59,391 nt of DNA from Octopus bimaculoides (lineage: Eukaryota): positions 732,795 through 792,185 of the forward strand of contig NC_068987.1 in the NCBI RefSeq assembly GCF_001194135.2. Reading direction: 5' to 3'. The notes under the pieces were generated by a model. The model was not told the DNA's origin. It ran no database searches and was given only the letters and a program-made list of their open reading frames with translations. A program made the translations under genes and the position numbers. Below are positions 51,699 to 59,391 of this stretch, piece by piece; the first letter of the stretch is position 1; each line of letters opens with the position of its first letter.

Positions 51699-53059
51699 TG
51701 TGTATGCGCGCGCGCGTAGATGTGCGTGTGTGTGGGTTATATTACCATTTACAATATTCCCGATGTGATTCAAGCAGTGAAATAAAACTAATATCCTCCA
51801 ACACATAAACTTACAGATACACAGAAATACAATGTGCATCTATGTATGTATTGATATGTGAGTGTGAGTGCGCGTGTGTATTTGTGTGTGTGTGTGAGAG
51901 TGAGTGTGTGTGTGTGTGTGTATGTGAATTCAATTAAAGAGAACAATTTATAGATATTATATTTGCAATATAAATTTCCTTGCAACCACATGTGTAATAT
52001 GGAATTGTATAGCCATAAATATTGTGATAATACGATAAAACAATATATAATGTATCCCCTACAATTTATAAAATCGTAATTATATGTAATAGAGATATGG
52101 TATACTTAAGTAGTTACAACACACATAAATTACATAACATAAATAATAGCAATACATGGATACAAAATTTATGTTAATGCCATGTAGCATTCTGTAATAT
52201 GTACAATAAGTGTATATACACAGACATGCACATACNNNNNNNNNNNNNNNNNNNNNNNNNNNNNNNNNNNNNNNNNNNNNNNNNNNNNNNNNNNNNNNNN
52301 NNNNNNNNNNNNNNNNNNNNNNNNNNNNNNNNNNNNNNNNNNNNNNNNNNNNNNNNNNNNNNNNNNNNNNNNNNNNNNNNNNNNNNNNNNNNNNNNNNNN
52401 NNNNNNNNNNNNNNNNNNNNNNNNNNNNNNNNNTCTATCTATCTATACATCTATCTATCTAGGTATCTATCTATGTCTGTGTGTGTGTATATATCTACCT
52501 ATATATGTCAGTATGTCTGTATGTCAGGTGTATAAACAACAAACAGGTGTATTAGAATAAACATGACCAACGGTACCCCGTCCCGCCTTAGTTTGTGCAA
52601 ACATTATGACGTCATATCACAAGGAACTCAATACGTGGGTTGGACAGATACTCTAATCAAGTCTGAAGTTTGATCGTCATATGAATACATATATACACAC
52701 ACATACATACACACATACATATGTACATATACACATACATACACACATACATATGCACACATACCTATATACATACATATACAAGAGTATATGACGGGTA
52801 TCATTGGAAGTATACCTGTTGCACCATATGTAATATCAGGAACTCTGGCATTAGACACACAACAACCCCATTCCCAGATCGGTAACGTGGATGCCGTCAC
52901 TGCTGCTCTTGTAAGTCGATAACAGCAAGGCAACATAGATGAGGAGGACATGTGGTGGTGGTCGGGTGGAGGGGTTCCAAGAACTGAGCTCAGGGTTTCG
53001 TATGGTGTTTGGGTTGGGTGAATAGAATATTTGTAGTGAATAGTAGATCATCTCATCTC

Positions 53060-53580
53060 TCATCTAGGTCGTACCATAGGACGCCCCTTTCTAGGGATTT
53101 CGGTTGCGCATACTATAGGAGTCACAGGCAGCTGCTCCATGTGGTCCCTCAGTTTCCATCTAACTAGGAATATTAGGGTCTCATCCATTATCTTGTATTC
53201 AAGCTCCTCTGCATGATATCCTGCTGGTTCAAAGCCAGGAATCTGATCTTTTAGGTCATCCCGATAACGAAATCCATTCCCTGTTGCCGACGCTTCCATT
53301 TATTGTCATTAATGCTTTGTCTGTCTCCTGCCCTTCGATCGGTCTGGCCTGCTAAGACCTGCTTGAAGATTTCTCTCCCTCCAGCAAAGCTCTCCGGTTC
53401 AATGGAGCACACAAGCACTTCATCGTAACAAGGTACTTGTTGAATTGGCCGTTGACTACACAGTATTTCTTTTGCCCTTTGACGGGTCTTATTTTTCGTC
53501 ACGCAGGGTGTCCAACAATCACCAACCTCACCAAGCAAGCCTGATGGGGTTGCCAGCTTAGTTGTCGACAACCCGACCAT
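53060..53580 (-). pseudogene. HP1/CBX-like chromodomain + chromo-shadow domain sequence, frameshifted
   Basis: Chromo-like QRAKEIL/VVNGQFNKYLVTMK/IEPESFAGGREIFKQ (53481-53359), a basic hinge with KWKRR, then shadow-like PGFEPAGYHAEELEYKIMDETLIFLVRWKLRDHMEQLPV (cf. HP1 [40 protein letters not shown]). At least 3 frameshifts are needed. Confidence 0.6.
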
Positions 53581-54331
53581 GTGACAGGTTGTACTGGGTT
53601 ACATGTTACCAGTAGCGCTCAAGAGCGACCTAACAAATAAAGTAGAATTTGTAGAAGGAGCACACTCGGAGAAATGAAGCCATTGCCTTAGTAACAGAAG
53701 TAGAGAAGACACCATCAGTGTAAGTCAGGTGTGAAGGTATGAGTTTGTGAGGTATTTCATGCCATCATTACCCCATCATTGTATACCATTTAGGATGTCT
53801 CTGTGTAAGTATCAGTTGCGCCGTTCCAGTTGGTGGCGGAGACAGATGACATCGGGGACCTCACCTGAGCATTATAAACTTTACACACTAGAAAGAATAA
53901 TTAATCTCTGTATTTGCTATGTGGCACAAATATATTCTCCAGCAGGAATAATCAGGGACAGGGAGATTAACATGACGAGGGTTCGAGTAGCGTGATGTCC
54001 GTGGTTCGTGGAAGGAGGTGCTATGATATTTTATCGATAACTATGTTGTCTTTGTTCCTAGAAAGGAAAGAGAAACCGAATATGGCCGCAATGAACGAAG
54101 CTTTCGAGGTCCCTGATCACAAAGACACTTCAGCTTTGGCATGAAAGGTGCGCTTTGCCCATTATATACACACGTATACTCTAAAAAACACACATACACA
54201 CACAAAACATACACACACACATACACACATAAATATGAAAAACTATACCTGTGATGATTTATATATTTAGATATGTATATGTATGTATATTCTTAAATAT
54301 ATGAATAATATATGCATATATGAGTAATATT

Positions 54332-54380
<49 letters not shown>

Positions 54381-55521
54381 GTATATATTATATATATACA
54401 TATACAATATATACACATTTATATATATATATATATATGTATTTATGTATATATATATGTACATACACATACACATGCACACGTGTATATATACACCCAC
54501 ACATGAATGTATATTTATTTATCTATTTGTTAATAAAACAACATAAGTGTGTTCAATAGACGTTTGTAGCGGAAGACGATAAACTTTGCTAAGATAGTGT
54601 TATGTATGCGACTGTTGAATGCATGATAATTATCAATATTTGTATAGTAAATTCTCTCAACAAGCCAACTCACTTCCTGCTGGGATTAATTACATTTAAC
54701 ATCTGCACAAGCACTGATTCGAAATTCTAAGTCTTTGACAAAGTCTTTAAGAGATAATATCACGTATTCTTACTTCTCTTTATTTCTCCAACTAAAGTCG
54801 AACATTTAAACAAGATTTTTTTTTTCTTTTCGTAACATTTTTCTCCATCATGTATATGATAGAGGTGGAAGAGCAGCAACTATGGCAGCATTCAGGGCTT
54901 CTGTGACTGGTTGGAGGAGAGGAAGTTGTGAGCGTCACACCGAAGACAATGCCTAAATTCTTTCAACAGAGTAGAATACGTTAAAACTTTATGGTGGATC
55001 TTTAAACAGGGCGAAGAAATGGGGCTACCACGGAACAAATGAAACGGTCGCTCTGATGGACTTGTATATGACAAATATTAGACAAATATTAGATATCATT
55101 ATGGTAACAAGAAATATCGACGGAATGACGAATACAATCGCAACAACCACAACAGCAAAGAACAACACTCTTCATAACTGCAAAGTCATTGAAAAGTAGA
55201 ATGGTTGATTCGGAGAGTTGTGGACCTAAAAGCTGGGTCAGTGTATATCTGCTCATCGTTGTCGTGCCTGGAGAGAATATTTGTCAGGTGAATGGAATGA
55301 AATAGTTAAGGGTAACTCCTGTTTCGCTTGATTAGATGCTTACACTGGATTTGTTGGCGGCACGGTCAACCCAGGTAGACTTAACTGACGAAAACCAAAC
55401 CTCAAACGCTAAACGTGTTGTTCCCTGCAGGAAAACTTCACAGAACCGGATTAGAAAATAATTATGCACTATTTGAAGAGGTCATCTATCAGCAAATGGC
55501 GATGGCTCACTATTGCTTTAC

Positions 55522-56253
<732 letters not shown>

Positions 56254-56980
56254 TGTTCAGTAGTTTTATTTTTATAACGTGCTTTCACTTCACTACTGAG
56301 CGCAGCTCTGTGCGCCTTGGGTATGTGCTGTGGTTTGCTGTGGTGTTCTTATGGTTACTGTATTGAAAGTGTTTTGCATAGAATGTGTGCAGTGCCCAGT
56401 AGTGCAATTTTCTGTATGTTATATATATTTGTAAGTCCTGGTGTTTTTGTTATGTATTTGTCTGAATATTTTTTTATTATACCTAAGGCACCTATTATGA
56501 TAGGAATTGTTTCTGTTTTTAGATTCCACATTCGAGTTACCTCTATTTCCAGGTCTTTGTATTTTGAAAGTTTTTCCATTTCTTTTAGGGAAACATTGTC
56601 ATCTGCTGGTATTGATACATCAATTAGAAAGCATTTTTTTTCTTCATGATCTTTGACAACTATATCTGGTCTGTTTGCCTTAATTTCTCTCTCTGTGTGT
56701 ATTGGCATATCCCAGAGTATGGTTGCTTTCTCGTTTTCTGTGAGCTTTTCTGGCGTGTGTTTATACCATTTTTTTTCTGTTGGTATTCCATGGTGTTGGC
56801 ATAGCTTCCAGTTTATATAAGTCCCAGCTCTGTCGTGTCTGTGAATATATTCCTTCTTAGGCAGGAATGGGCAGCCAAAGATAATATGATTTATTGTTTC
56901 TTGTCCATCTCCACATATTCTACAGTTACTTGTTATGTTTCTTTTTATTATATGTTTTTGGTAATTTCTGGTGAGGAGGC
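56254..56980 (-). mobile_element. 5'-truncated Dong/R4-type LINE with uninterrupted CCHC + restriction-like endonuclease frame and 3' UTR
   Basis: CRICGDGQETINHIIFGC (CCHC), HRHD, RPDIVV...CFLIDVSIP...KEMEKLSKYKDL (PD-D-K RLE); stop at 56355; ~100-nt UTR; (TAA)n on both sides. Confidence 0.95.
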
Positions 56981-57029
<49 letters not shown>

Positions 57030-57047
57030 CATCATTATCATCATCAT
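56981..57047. repeat. (TTA)n/(TCA)n array at the 5' junction of the RLE LINE
   Basis: Direct reading; supplies the spurious poly-I N-terminus of the listed ORF. Confidence 0.9.
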
Positions 57048-57460
57048 TCAGCTGGTCTGTCGAAATATTACACATTCACACACACTGCCAAAGTTTAAAC
57101 CATATGAACACAGGCGGAAAAGAGGTACAAATAACACCAACCCATACATGAATGTCGGTGTGTAAGAAAAAAATACATTCAAGTAAGGGAGAGAGAGAAG
57201 GGGGGTGAAAGAACGAGGAAGAGAGATGGGGGGATGAGAGAGAAAGTGAAGATGTGTTTCAGCTTGACTGTATTACACAAAGTGGAGACGCCATTTTGTC
57301 CAACTTTAAACAGTACACATGTTTTCATCAGGAACAGCAATGACGACATAAAATTAATTCTATTTCACACAAGTACACACAATACATATAGAAAAGCATA
57401 AGCGAATACTATAATTAAAAATACTCGTATATATATATATACTTATATGGATATATGTAC

Positions 57461-57496
<36 letters not shown>

Positions 57497-57639
57497 GTAC
57501 GGACACACACACATCGCAAACACAGACACAACGTGCACAGATGTACCGACACGACGAAGAAAAGAAAAGAAAATAGAAAATAGTAAAAGACGACAAATAA
57601 AGAGTAAAGAAGCCATAAGCGTAAATTTATGATGAAACC

Positions 57640-57860
57640 GTTCGTAGTAGATGTCATGTGACCGATGAAGGTACGGTCATATGATGGAAATGTCTGGAGA
57701 AGATTGGATGAAAGCATTATTATTGTGGAACGAGAGAAAAATGAATAGGATCTGATAGAGTTAGAGCAGCATTATTGATTGTTCGGAGATAAGGACGATA
57801 TGTAAAAATATTTGCAACGATCAGAATGTTTCTAAGATGGCGGAACAAATAGAAATATTG
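57640..57860 (+). mobile_element. Old RTE-like LINE C-terminal remnant
   Basis: R*RYGHMMEMSGEDWMKALLLW resembles LRW.GHV.RM....W.K.LL.W. Confidence 0.4.
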
Positions 57861-58045
57861 AAAACACAAAGATGATTATAACATTAGCGAAATTAAATTT
57901 ACAAGTTCAATACAATTTAGAAATGTATATATACACACACATATGCATATACACATACCGACACATACATATAGACAAGCACAAATATATACGCATCCGT
58001 ACACATTTCAACTTAATTGTCTGTATGTGTACTGGCTGTGAGAAA

Positions 58046-58090
<45 letters not shown>

Positions 58091-58238
58091 GGTGTAGATT
58101 TACATAGATAGATGCATAGATATATATACCTTTATATATATATGGATATATATACACGTATAGATGTGTATCCATCTGAGTATATCTACGCACATAGATA
58201 CATATAGAAACATACATATATACATACATACACACACG

Positions 58239-58288
<50 letters not shown>

Positions 58289-58298
58289 NNNNNNNNNN

Positions 58299-58368
<70 letters not shown>

Positions 58369-58582
58369 GATACACATATGTTTAATGTATGAATGTTTAT
58401 ATATAGTATGTGTATATACACATGTAGATATATATATATATATATATATATGTAACCATTCATAAATACGTATATATATACATATGTATCTATATGTATC
58501 TATGCGTGCGTATATGCACCAACATATATGTGTATACGCATATGTGCATATGCACATATATATATATAGATATAGATATAGA

Positions 58583-58631
<49 letters not shown>

Positions 58632-58691
58632 AAGTAAACGTATACATAACGATAAATATTTGATGTGTATGCGTCTATGTATATATATACG

Positions 58692-58723
<32 letters not shown>

Positions 58724-58775
58724 TACACACACACACACGCACAGATATATATATGTAAATATGTTTGTAGATGTA

Positions 58776-58830
<55 letters not shown>

Positions 58831-59391
58831 TTAATCACACAGCTGCATATATATATATATATACCTATAAACAACACACATATCCAGGCATATAAATTCG
58901 CAAGGACACATCTGCGCAACATATTTGATCTCTCCCAGCCTCAAACACTCGCTAGTTTAACTATCATACTTCTATAAGCAATATACATACACACACAAAT
59001 ACACTGACGATACGCATATACATATGAATATATATATACATGTATACACATACACACATATATGCGTATTATATATATATTAATGTGTATACACATATAT
59101 ATATATATATATATATTCAAGTGTGCATATAATTATGTTTATAATTTTAGAAATATAAACTGTGTCCATTTCTATTCAGTTCGAATATAAGAGAGAATTA
59201 TGTAAGGGCTTCGTTGACATAAACGAGGTACACACATGCCCGCTCTCATTCAACGACACTTATCCAATCAAATACGTTCTCGCATAAATCCCCCCCCCCC
59301 ACATACATATATATATTGTGCAGAAAAATAAGGTATATAACGTGATATTGCACTGAAATAACTGCACATCGAATATATATATATATATATA

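Noticed and set aside
56317-56649. 110-aa + strand ORF (also 55415-55753)
   Set aside because: Antisense shadow of the RLE LINE coding strand.
57280-57850. YY1-like motifs (CGCCATTTT ~57289; AAGATGGCGG ~57835) and GTCATGTGAC E-box suggesting a bidirectional promoter
   Set aside because: The 57640-57860 segment translates as an RTE-like remnant and the ATGs open only 11-12 codons; the motifs are probably incidental.

Overview
AT-rich, gap-riddled eukaryotic scaffold, extremely dense in (AT)n/(AC)n/(AG)n/(AAT)n/(ATC)n/(ACC)n microsatellites. The repeat landscape matches my recollection of a coleoid cephalopod (Octopus-like) genome; this is an inference, not a database result. Almost all listed ORFs are microsatellite or N-gap artefacts. 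Recognisable content is mostly decayed mobile DNA: three mariner fragments, Dong/R4-type RLE LINEs tied to (TAA)n tracts, RTE-like LINE remnants, many Penelope-like (PLE) RT and GIY-YIG fragments with minimal hammerhead-ribozyme-like motifs, and several SINE-type repeat families. No complete host gene can be built, but a few small + strand candidate exons suggest the window lies within a large gene. Most notable: (1) a frameshifted HP1-like chromo + chromo-shadow copy in a GC-richer island at about 52.8-54.2 kb; (2) hammerhead-like motifs at 28.1, 30.0 and 51.1-51.4 kb, the last two copies inside a ~440-bp fold-back; (3) a ~265-bp MITE-like palindrome at 48.7-48.9 kb; (4) tandem Dong/R4 insertions bounded by (TAA)n; (5) an unexplained 172-codon frame at 45.3-45.8 kb.
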